From assembly GCA_003990765.1 (NCBI GenBank), contig RBNJ01000242.1, positions 1 through 35,732 of the forward strand: a stretch of 35,732 nt of DNA, read 5' to 3'. Source of the stretch: Jimgerdemannia flammicorona. Its lineage: Eukaryota. This document shows positions 1-11,100 of this stretch, in pieces. A program made the translations under genes and the position numbers. Every line of letters begins with the position of its first letter. The first letter of the stretch is position 1. The notes under the pieces were generated by a model. The model made no database searches. It worked only from the letters and a program-made list of their open reading frames with translations, and was not told where the DNA came from.

Positions 1-19
1 AAAAAAAAAAAAAAAAAGA

Positions 20-783
20 ATAAATTGAACTCTAGAACAAATGCTAAGGAACTATGTTTCCTATAGATAAGATAATTGGTATGAATACCTTACCATAGTT
101 GAGTTTGCTTACAATAACAGTAAGCAAACCTCTCTTGAGATAATACTATTCTTTACCAATACTGGACAAAACCCAAACACTCTTCTGATACTTATCAGAA
201 CTACTGATAATCTCTCCACTATTGAAGCCATTGAAGAATTCCTACTCTGAATGTGCAATTTAAGCTAGATTGTCATCAAGAACTTATCCTGAGCTCAAGA
301 ATAACAGTCATAGTATATCAACCAGCACTACTAAGAAGAAACTTTTGATATTGAAGAAAAGGTTCTACTAGATATTTGAGGATACTGAGTTGATAACCTC
401 AAGTACAGACTATCAATAAAACTGAACAGCAAATTCATTAAACCATTCAAAGTTATCACACAAGTATCTCTAATCTTCTATAAATTGGTACTACTAGACA
501 CTATTAAGATTCACTGAGTCTTTAATGTCTAATATCTCAAGTGATATAATGAAAATAATAATGAACTATTTCCAAACCAAACTATAAAACCACCTGTATC
601 TATTATTATTAATAATTAAAAAAAATATGAAGTTGAATAAACTCTCAATATACATGGCTACAAGAACTAGCCAGAGTATCTTGTCAAATAGAAAAATTAT
701 CTAATCTATGATATGATATGGAAACTCAAGATCAACCTCCAGAATACCACCAACCTAGTTTAAGAATATAATTCCTTGAATAA
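20..783 (+). pseudogene. pol: Integrase C-terminal half plus chromodomain, with many stops
   Basis: Manual translation: EQMLRNYVSYR*DNWYEYLTIVEFAYNNS near 35-120; KLNSKFIKPFKVI (GPF motif) near 419-457; YEVE*TLN...EYLVK*KNY...DMIWK...NLQN (chromodomain) near 626-745. Confidence 0.85.
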
Positions 784-1215
784 CTGAGACAGAATACTCC
801 AGTACCTACTAGTTGATACTATATATTACTCTCTTGAACATCAAGTACCCTTATAATTATCACTAATAAAATCAAGAACTCAGCAAGTCAAGACAAAAGA
901 ATATCAATCCTTTAGAAAAATAGTAAAACTAAAAGCCAGTCTATTCTCTCCATACATAAGACATAGACATTTAAGAAGATTTCTTAAAGAAAATTCTCTA
1001 TCAGTAAATAACATCAAAATCACTTCTAGTATATAGTATTGAATATATAACCCTTTAATATATAAATCCAATATGTTAGGCAACTGTATTATGAGCATAC
1101 CACTTTCTGAGAAAAATAGACCTTACTGGACTTTTAACTATTCAAACAGTGTAATAACACTAGACCAAAATTAGAAGATCTTGATGAGGACATTGAAAGC
1201 TAAGAAGGAGAGAGT

Positions 1216-1519
1216 TGTAAGTATACAATCTCCAGGCCACTGAAATCACATATCACTGTCTGAACAAATTCAGAAATTATATATAAGATTATAAAGCTGA
1301 GTTAAACTGAAGTTATAGAATATAAAGCTGAGTCAACTTGAAGTCATAAAATATAAGATTTATACAAACAGAATCTTATCAATCAGAACTGAATGTATGT
1401 ATACTAAGTACTTAGATATATTGAAATAGAGAACTACAATAAACCAAACAAACAACTCCAACTCTTGAACATATATATAAATATGATCACTGAGATCTAC
1501 AATCATATCTATACTAACA
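1216..1519 (+). repeat. 3' LTR of the chromovirus element (about 304 bp)
   Basis: Preceded by PPT-like AAGAAGGAGAGAG (1202-1214). TG...CA ends with an 8/9 terminal inverted repeat. Internal ~31-bp tandem duplication (ATAAAGCTGAGT...) at about 1290-1355. The partner LTR is not in the window. Confidence 0.7.
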
Positions 1520-2583
1520 TTTGGAATGCTATTATGAACTAAGCCACACTCTCTCTACTCCTCATGAATATCCATAGCCTGGTATCCCTCTACTTTGTGG
1601 AAGTCTGATAGAATGCCCTGAACATACTTAATAAGGTCTACTAAATTGGACAAATCTCAAGCTACTATCAGATTGGCTACCTCTTAGAAGATATAGTTGA
1701 ACACTACCATAATATAGATATTATCTAAATGTCCCAATACCAGAAACTCATTGCCTATAAGCACTGAGAACTCTTTTACAAGTATAGTACCTTTATTTTC
1801 CATCTCTGAGTTACTATTACCAAAATGGTTACAACTCTGTCCTATGGCCAAATCAACAATATAGTATAAGAACTCAATTATAAGTATATTGAGTATATTC
1901 AAACTATAGACAGAATTTTCCCATACTCTGATGACCATATTCTGCAAATGCCCCAAGTTAGATATGCTATAAAGGATGTCTACAATATAATCTGATTTGA
2001 CAATAATGAAGCAGAAGATAATAATTCCTCTGATACTGACATAACCTCAAGCCAAAGATCTCTGTCAACCCTGATCATCCTGCCAACCTTATCAATGAAC
2101 TTATATGTAACAGTTCATCACCACCTATAAGATCTATTGGGATAATGATCATTAATATAAGTACCAATCTACATTTACCCCTGATTACTTTAACTATAAT
2201 GAAGAGACTAGAGAACACAACTAATACCTCTAGACAATCCTTGAGATTGAACCAACAACCCCATCTCTCAAGTATAAATGAAATGAGCTACAGCCACCAC
2301 TATACTACAACTCTGCAACTCATAGCACCATTATCTATAGAAGGTATATACATAGTGAATCTAATGAAAGTGAAAATGATGTACTCCTCCTTTACTCACC
2401 AACTCCTTGTCTAGCATATGAGACAGATGATGCTATCCTGTAGAATAGTAATGAAGTTCCAATATATTATTATCTGAGTAAACAGAGAGAAGTAATTAGA
2501 GAACTACTTTTTCTAAACAACTACTTCATCAGAGATGATATTATTAGTAGTGATATTATTGAAGACTACTTAGACAGTATTTA
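1520..2583 (+). pseudogene. Decayed ORF containing the unknown TE accessory domain, followed by an acidic low-complexity tail; 5' part apparently interrupted by the chromovirus
   Basis: Frame of 1621 reads ...GQISSYYQIGYLLEDIVEHYHNIDII*MSQYQKLIAYKH*ELFYKYSTFIFHL*VTITKMVTTLSYGQINNIV*. Stops are explicable as CAA/CGA/TGG transitions. The 3' boundary is approximate. Confidence 0.55.
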
Positions 2584-3399
2584 AATCTATAGATAGCTTA
2601 GCAGTCATTAGTATAGTTAGATTAGTCTTATATAATATAACTATAAACTAACTCAGCAGTCAGATAATCTCTTAATATATCACTTCACACTTGTACTATA
2701 TGACTGCATTCCAACTCAGCAAGGCACTAAGTACTATATTCATATTTAGCATAGTCCAGATAGCCTCTCATTAGTATAAATATCCCCTCTCCCAGATCTT
2801 AGAATCTTAGGTTTAAACAGACAAGAACAATTATATATATATATAAAAGATAAGAAAAATCCTAAACACTTCTTCATAATATTCCTTCACATAACTACTC
2901 TTAGTATAGCAATATTATAAATACTGAATAAACCTATTTAATAACCCACAAACTATATTTAAGTAAATCTGCTCTCTGTTAGGTCTCACTTCTAAATATA
3001 ATATAAAATTTCCTAATTGAGTATTGTCTGCAGTGATACATCAATTCAACTAAGCTGGTCTTAGTTTCTTAAACTTCCTGAAATATGGAAAATCCTGAAT
3101 ATTTAGAACTACTCTGAAAAAGGACTTTAATTGAGATATTAATCTAATCTTAAAATCAATAAATATAGAGGATATACTCTATATGAAATTGATCTTAACC
3201 TAAAGAAAATAGTCTTTCAGAATATCCAGAATTTCCAGAAAACCCATCTAGAACTATATAATGGTTACTTTAACAAGTAACCCTCTTATATATTCTCACT
3301 CTCTCCAAACTGTCTATACTCTAACAGATCTCAATAGTCTAACTATAGTACTACTTAACTACTTAAAAGAATCAAAAAGACCTGTTAAACTATATATAT

Positions 3400-3900
3400 A
3401 TCAAGTCTTGTAGTAATATATAAGTATTCTCTAAAAAACTTATTATTATATTTTTTTAATTATATAGTTTACTTTAATATATATATTTTTAAATTTTATA
3501 ATTTAATTTATATATTTATCTTAAAAAAACTATTTCTTTTTTAATTTTTTAATAATAATAATATTATTATTTATTAGATTATTATTTTATTTTATTTTCT
3601 TTATTTTTGATAATAATTAAATTTTGATAATATAGAATAATATATTTAAAATAATAAAAATTTATATTAAATATTTTTTATTTATTGTTATTTTTAAATA
3701 TTTCTTTTTCTATATTAGTTATTTATATATTATTAAATTCTATAATATAAAACATTTTACCTTTTTTTTAATAATTTATATATTATCTTTTCATTTTTCT
3801 TTTTATTAAGGAAAATCTATTTTCTTATAGTAGTTTAGTTTTAATGCTATCTATATCTTTATTCTATAATTTTGAATAAAGATTCAATTTCACTTTATAT
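3400..3900. other. Extremely AT-rich low-complexity tract
   Basis: Nearly pure A/T with sparse G/C and no recognisable coding signal. Confidence 0.8.
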
Positions 3901-4166
3901 CATTTGTTATAGCATGCTACATATAGGCACTGACCTTCTAGCACTGATTTTTTCATATAAGCCCAGTATTTCAAAAAGGTAATATCGATCGTATCCATAA
4001 GAATGTATCCTTTTCTCAAGAATAATTTATTCACGAAATGACACATTTACCATAACTTCACACGGTTGCATGTCAGACTAACGTCCATCTCTTAATCCGA
4101 ATGAAAAAAAAGTAAAGTCAAAACACCAAACTCTCGGCACATACATGCCCTGTCCGACCAGCCACC

Positions 4167-5477
4167 TTATTTCTTAACAAGTGACAACTTCCTCGCGGCC
4201 TGCCATCTCCTCCACATCACGTCTACCTCCTCAATCATCGGCTTCTTCCGCGGCTTCCACCCGAGTACCTCTTCCGCCTTCTTCCCCGAGCAGATCACAG
4301 TCTTCTGCGTAACAATCTCAAATATATCGTCGGGCTTTATCGCCTGCGTTCGGATCTCCCCGGTGTACCCGGCTGCGCGCGCGAATGCCGTGGCTATTTC
4401 CAAGTTGGTGTTGCGAGAAGAGTCAGCGAAGTTGAAAGCCTGGCCGCCAATGGCTGCGGTTTTAGCGGCGGCGATATGGAGGTAGCCGTCCACGAGGTCG
4501 TCGATGTGGACCTCGGACCAGATGATGTCCGGGCGGCCCTGTGGTGGCATTCACGTTAAGCGCGAGGGACGCGACCATCATGCTGATTAATTTATGGGAC
4601 TTATGCTGAGTATATACGTCCGCATATGACACCACTCCCTTTGATGATATCGGCCAATATATACATATATATATAATAAAATGCTTACCAGCACCACGAC
4701 CTCGCCTTTATCGACGGCCTGCTCGAAGTACGGGTAAAAGTGGCCGCTCTTCCTCCCGTACACATACGACGGCCTCACCGTGACTCCTGCAACTTTCCCA
4801 TTCGTCTTCTGGTAAGCTTGCAACACGTTCCGCTCGCTCACAACCCGAGGATTGAAGAGCGCGTGTCCCTCCTCCAGCGGCCAGTTATCCTCCTCTATGG
4901 GCGCGTCCGCTGGGGAGTTCATACCCTTGTAGTTAAGGAGGCCCGAGGTGTAGACCAAGACAGCGGGGTCGGTCGGGGATGAGGAGGCGGTGAGAATGGC
5001 AAGGAATGTGGAGACACAGTGCTTGTCGAAGGCCTCAAAGTTACTGGGGACAATTGAAACGAACGAGAGTGTAGAGGTGACCTTTAGAAATGAACGGCTT
5101 TAGAAATGAAGGTATGGAATAGCATCGACGAGCACAGTCAAGTGCAATATCATACTTACGCGTAATCGACAGCACAATGTATAACAATCTTGCACTGTTT
5201 GAGTCTGCAACATCGTGTCACAAAATGGTTGGTCAGCGCGTCACTCGGGCTCCAGTGCATCACTACTTTCGGTACTCGATACTTACACATCAGCATAGGT
5301 CTCCGGCTTCATCAGGTCCCCCAGCACGGGAGTGATCTCGTTGAAGGCCAGCTTGTCGGCCTTCTCCTGGGTCCTCACTAGGCCAAAGACGTGGTATCCC
5401 GCACGACGGAAGCCGAAAGCGACTTCCTCGCCGATGAAACCCGACGCGCCAGAGACGAATACGGATCGGTGGGGCAT
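4167..5477 (-). CDS. NAD(P)-dependent epimerase/dehydratase-like (extended/atypical SDR) protein, 320 aa; exons 5477-5287, 5204-5160, 5043-4689, 4538-4167
   Basis: N-terminal Rossmann motif VFVSGASGFIG, plus VIHCA, VYTSG, VRPSYVYG, VHIDDLVDGY, AFNFAD and LGWKP. Three GTAAG...CAG introns (82, 116, 150 nt) join 191+45+355+372=963 nt in frame. Branch-like CTGAC/CTTAAC seen in introns 1 and 3. CpG retained. Confidence 0.93.
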
Positions 5478-5965
5478 GTTTGAGTAGGAAGAGGGTTGAT
5501 CAACTCGACATTTGACAAGCTCATGAAGTCGCTTGACAATGCCCAGCCGTGATTGGCAATTCACCAGCCACAAAACTCTCCACTGCAAAAGCACGTGTTT
5601 GAAACGGACGAGTAATTTCTGAGTTTGAATTTGAAAATCCTTAATTTCGAATCACCCCTGACGCGATATTTGGTGCTGGCGTAATCTTTATTATTATTAT
5701 TTTTATTTTTTTTGGGGGTGGGAGAACGGTCTGGTTAGCGTTATTGAAGTTGGATTCCGCGAGTCTCTGTGAATAGGTAATGGCGTCAATACGATAGAGT
5801 ACCTGTATGGTAGGCTTTGCCGAATTTGCCGGTTGCGGAGCTAGAGGGTTATCAGCATACGCTTATACGAAAACACAGTAATGTCAAGGTCGATGCCATT
5901 TGACCATTCAATTATTACAATCAAAAATGAATTTGAATGTGTTGAAATATCTTAGTTATAGCTAG

Positions 5966-7218
5966 TGTAACATGCCCGGCTCAATGGAGGCAAATTACAA
6001 GGTTGGGGGTTGATGTAGTTTGGCTTGAGCCCTCAGTTACTTTGTCAAAAAGCAACAAAATGTTCTAAGATTCCTGAGGTCCTTGGTGTTTAATGGTATA
6101 ATAGTCAAAGCTGGATATCTGCAAGCTATTTCCTTATTGGGATGGGTTCTTGGGTGTAGCAGAGATTTGTGTGTGATGTGGGCAATTTGTATGATGGTTT
6201 CTGTATAGTGCAACGATCTCTGTATAGTGCAAGTGGATTCCTTATCCTTATGTGGGATGATCTGGCAATTTGGCAGCTTCCTTCTTGAGTGATGATCTCC
6301 AAAAGTACTCTATTTCTGGTGTAACAATCTTGGCATGATGAACTTGGTATGATGAACTTGGCAGTATTCCTTATGAGGGTTTGGCAGATAACTTGATTTC
6401 TCCTGTATCAGCATGCTAATTGAATAATAACTCAGATGGTGCAGATAATTCAGATAATTCTGATAACTCAGATGATATGGATTCTTAGCTCTCTGGAAAT
6501 ATTGAATAACTTGATAACTTGGGTAACTCAGATAATGGGTTCTTGGCAGATTATATCAAAGACTGGCTTAATTTGCATGGGGTTATATTGTAGACTGACT
6601 TCACTGTGAAGTTGCATCAGATAGACTGACTTGTGGCAAGATTCCTATAGGTTCTCTGGAAATGACAGATTCTTCAAATAGTGACAAAATTCTTCACTTA
6701 AACTTAGGTGACAAAATACTAAGTTCTTCAGACTTATTTGGCAAGTATATCAATCAATCTTTGTATTAGAAAGTGGACCAGAGTTGAAATGTATTCTGAA
6801 TTTTGGACTCTTCTTCGTATTGGAAAGCAAACTGAAGTTGAAATTTGTTTTGAATTTCAGACTCTTCTTTATATTGAAAAGCAAACTGGAGTTGAATTAT
6901 ATTCTGAATTTTAGACTGAGGTTTATTCACTCTTATCTTTGGGGCATTTTATACAATTGTGGTTGCTATTTGGTTACTATGTTGATAATTATAGATTATT
7001 ATCTATGGTAGATATACTTGGATAGTACAGTGTACTAGACTGATATAGTATACCTACTTGGTATAATATACTAGACCAGTATAGATAAATATACTATTTC
7101 TGATATTGCTGATATCTCTGACTAATCATACAGATTGGTATAGTAAAGTAGTCTTGGTTACTTATATAGTATGTGACTAATTTATAATTTTGATTAGATA
7201 ATTCTACTGCTCATTACA
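5966..7218 (-). repeat. 3' LTR of element A
   Basis: TGTAAC...ATTACA ends; colinear with 25541-26732. On the minus strand it contains TATAAAA then AATAAA. Preceded on minus by PPT-like TTTAGTAGGAGCTGA (7219-7233). Confidence 0.9.
6764..6917. repeat. 54-bp tandem repeat (about 3 copies) inside the A LTR
   Basis: Units start at 6764, 6818 and 6872 (TATT.GAAAG...GTTGAA...GAATTT..GACT). The partner LTR has 2 copies. Confidence 0.85.
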
Positions 7219-7258
7219 TCAGCTCCTACTAAAGAATAATCTATTCTTAGACTATTCT

Positions 7259-8117
7259 TTAGTTATTATTCTAATGTGCATAAGCATCTTTAGCATTAAT
7301 ACCTGAACTATTATCTTTATTTAGATTAGAGTTACTCTATTTAACAGATTCTTATTCTTTTTCTGAGAACAAGATCTCAATATGGTTGATGATACTTCAG
7401 TATAGAGATTCCAAATAGCTGACCATATGGTCAATGGCTGGCCATATGGCCAATGGCTGACCAGGGTGGCTCAGCCTTAAAATTTATGAATTGGCTAGTT
7501 GATCAAGTGGCCAGACCTTATTTGGCTATTTGATTTCCAAATTTTTCAAATTAAATAAAAGGTCTATAAATGCTACTTAATTAGTTAATTATAAATTTAA
7601 GACTGAGACAGAGTGGCTCAGTCTTAAATTTATAGATTGACTAGCTGGCCAGGTTAAATTTAAGGCCAGTTGGCTGTAAATTTAAGACCAATCCACCCTG
7701 GCCAGCTATTGGCCATATGGCCAGTTATTTGAGATCTCTACTCTAATAGATAGTGAGACTTATGTTTTGTATATTATTCAGAAAGAATTATATCTGTATT
7801 AGTGCTGGGATATTTCATTTATAGATTGTATATAATCTGTCTATAGCAGTGGTGTTTTTCTGGATCAGGCCAGTAGAGTTCCTAATATAGATTAGGTCTA
7901 TAGCTGGAAGGTTCTATAACTGTTCTCTAATTGCATAATAGGCCTATAGTTAATGGACTTATAGTAAATGTTTGACCAAGGTGAGATTCTTTTGATAGGT
8001 CTAGATTCACTAAAGAGAGTTTCCATTGGCTTGGCAGAATTGTGAGAGAGAAACTACAGGTAATTGAAATGAACTCAGGATAAAAGTCTGGAGATATTGG
8101 TCAATTATCTGGTTCAT
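7259..8117 (-). pseudogene. Accessory ORF downstream of pol in element A (interrupted by MITE 7403-7740)
   Basis: ATG at 8117 overlaps the pol stop (8103-8101). MNQIIDQYLQTFILSSFQLP...L*AYYAIREQL*NL...TTAIDRLYTIYK*NIPAL is colinear and in frame with B 22502-23014. Confidence 0.75.
7403..7740. mobile_element. hAT-like MITE (338 bp)
   Basis: TIRs of at least 42 bp starting TAGAGAT. 8-bp flanks CTTCAGTA / CTCTAATA differ only by transitions. Element B lacks the insert at the homologous site (about 22871-22878). Confidence 0.85.
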
Positions 8118-11100
8118 AGTAAGGAGAGAGGTATATCTTGAGATAGTTGATATATACTAGTATCCTCAGGGTTCATCTATCTATACTTCTTAAATAAATA
8201 CTGATTCCTCTAATATTGTATAAGATAAGGTCCTTTCCATTTATACTCTAGTTTGGTAGCAAAGTTTGTTTCAATCATACTTCTTCAAACTAGTACTTGA
8301 TCTCTAATCTTGATCTTCTGATCCTTCTGCTTCTGATTATAGTACTTCTTTTATCTCTTTTAGATCTTGATAATCTAAACTTATACTTGATTATATAACT
8401 ATTCTTTCTTCTTAAGGAGATCTCTGAGGTTCTTATGGTCAGTAGTTCTTGTTTTCTTGACAAACATCATCTCAAAGAGCTTTTGTTTGATTGATGTAGC
8501 AGGGGTATTCCAAATTTATCATAGGTTCTCAGATAAGTAGAGGTCCTAGTTAATAGGATTGACTTGGGCAAGTTCTTTCTTAATGGTCTGGTTTATTCAT
8601 TCTATCATATCATTGGTCTGAGAGTAGTATGATATAGTCCATTTGAGGTGAATCTTATGAATTCAGGCATAACTTGTAATTATGTTATTGATGAATTCTG
8701 TGCTTTAGTCAGAGATAAGTTCTTTTGAGAGTTTATATCTGAGTGTGAGTCTATAAAGAAGGCCTACAATAGTCAAGACATCTGTGATTTCTATTGAGAA
8801 AGCTTTGGGCCACTTGGTCAGATATTCAACAAATATAAGAATATACTTATTTCTTCTTAGTATAACTGGTAGAGGTCTAATTATATCTGCTCTCTATCTC
8901 TGTAAGATGTTGTCTAGTAGTATAATTGGTTATAGTGATGCTTGATGATTCTTCCTTCCTTGATACTTCTGGTAGATATTATATTTCTTAAGTATATCCC
9001 AGACTTGTATTCTGAGATTAGGCCAATGTTGATATATTGTTTGTAGCTTTTCTTCTATATTTATCTATCCTTGGTAGACTTTTTGGTGTTTTTTTTTGGA
9101 TGAGATCTTCTTGTACTTTAGTGATCTGAGAAGCTTCCTTTAGGGTGTAGTTCCTCAATACACCCTTCTTTTGATTTATTGAGATTGGTGAAAAAGTATA
9201 TCAACATTATTGTAAGCTTTCTCTGCTTTGTAGATTATGGTGATTTTGTAATCCTAGAGAAAAGAATCTAGTGGGCTAGGATTCCAGTAGGTTTCTTATA
9301 GTTAAATAGCCATTTGAGGGCTATATGATCAGTTATTAGAGTAAACTTTTTTCTGATAAGATAATGCTTGAACAGAGTGACCACCCATATAACTGCAAGG
9401 TATTCTAGTTTGGTGCTACCATAGTTGGTTTGTTGTTAATTAGTTGCTCAGCTTGTATAAGCTATCACATAGTACTGTTAGTCAGGTCCTTTTTGGACTA
9501 GAACTGCTCTAAGACTATCTTTAGAGATATCTGTATATAAGATGAATGGCTTCAATAGATTGGGCCAAATAAGGATAGGTGCTGTGATCATATGGTGCTT
9601 GAGTTCTTTGAAGACTTTTTCTTATGATTCTATCTATTTGTAAGATACTTCTTATTTGAGAAGAATTCAGATTAGTGTAGTGATTTGGGTAAAGTTCTTG
9701 ATAAACCTTCTATAGTAGGATACTAGTATCAGAAATAATAGTATTTCCTTTGGGGTCTAAGTATTAGCCAATTGTTAATCTTCTTAGTTTTCTTTGAGTC
9801 TACATGAGTTCCTACTTTTGAAATTATAAATCTATGGAATTAAGTTTCTGTTTCCCAAAGTAACATTTCTTAGTATTGAGTCTCAAGTAGTTCTTATGGG
9901 TGAGCTTGAAGAATTCTTTTAGATAGTGTAGATATTCCTCAAAATTTGCTAAATAGATATTAGAATCATCCATATATACAATTAGACATTAGTAGATCAG
10001 AGGGATGTAGACTGAATTCATCATTCTCTAAAAGATGGGAGATATATATATTGCAAAGTCCAAAGAGTATTCAGAGATATTCAAACAGTTTTTCTAGAGT
10101 AAGAAAGGCTGTCTTCTGAATGTCTTTGAGGTCTATGGAGATCTTATAGAAACTTGTGAAAAGATCCATACTGCTGAAGTATCTGGCATCTTATAACTGG
10201 TCCAAGAGATCATCAATACTGGGCAAAGGATAGGCATCCTTTTTGGTAACTAAATTGAGTTTTCTGTAGTCTATACAGAGTCTTCATCCTTCTTTCTTTG
10301 GTATAATAAGTGTAGGGCTGGCCCAAGGACTAGTTGAGGGTCAGATGACTCTATTGTCTAAGAGTTCTTGAATGTGTTCCTTTTCAAATATCTTTAGATA
10401 ATGGAGTATTCTATAGGGTTTCTGTCAGATGAGTGTTGTATTTCCTATATTTATACTATAGTGGTATAATGGGTTATATAGTAGGTTGCTATAATCAGTG
10501 GTAAAGATATCTTGATATTTGTTGAGAAGTTTTACTAGTTGCTATTACTGGAGTGTCAGTTCTTCTCTAATATTGGTAGAAGGCTTCACTGTCTCTTGGG
10601 TCACAGAGGGGCCTTTCCTTTCTTCAGAGACCTTTTGCTGTTTCTTGATAAGTTTAGCTTATAAACTTCTCTGTAGGTTTGGTTAAAGAAGAGCACTAGA
10701 TGTCCTGTGATATTTCCTTTTGATAAGATAATACTTTCCCAACTCTAATTAGTTACTTAAGAGTATACTAGATTCATCTTATCAGAGAATATATATTCTT
10801 TAATATCCAGATTCAGAATATCTTCATTGAGTTCAAAGAGAAGATTTCTGGGATCAGGTTGTATAAAGATTTCAAAGGTGGTTTGCTCTCCAGGTTCCAG
10901 GATGAGATTCTTATATAGTTTGACTGGTTGGTAATATACTTGCTAATGGGTATTCCTTTTGAGATAGTTGATCTGAAGGAGGTGTACTTCCTTCTTATCT
11001 GAGCTTCCAAATCCTTCAGCTTGCCTTATTCCTTTAGTTAGTTTGGAAACTTCTTGTAATTGTGGGGTTTTGACTTTCATGAAGACTGCCTAGAAAATCT

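Larger units (their letters stand above)
1..1519 (+). mobile_element. 3' end of a decayed Ty3/Gypsy chromovirus LTR retrotransposon (runs off the left edge)
   Basis: Integrase C-terminus, GPF-like motif and chromodomain remnants, then a purine tract and an LTR bounded by TGTAAGTAT...ATACTAACA. Confidence 0.85.

Noticed and set aside
1..17. Poly(A) tail of a LINE or retrocopy
   Set aside because: It lies at the window edge within integrase sequence, and its context is not visible.
1590..1604. Shared TACTTTGTGGAAG with 35705-35717
   Set aside because: A 13-nt match at non-equivalent positions relative to the shared domain; probably chance.
4740..5594. Separate genes for track ORFs 4740-4982(+), 5190-5381(+) and the upstream extension to 5594(-)
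   Set aside because: These are antisense shadows or non-ATG extensions of exons of the single spliced SDR gene, which starts at ATG 5477.
6764..6917. CRISPR-like array, or the coding ORFs 6784-7011 and 26308-26556
   Set aside because: Contiguous tandem units without unique spacers, inside an LTR of a eukaryotic element; the ORFs are by-products of the repeat.
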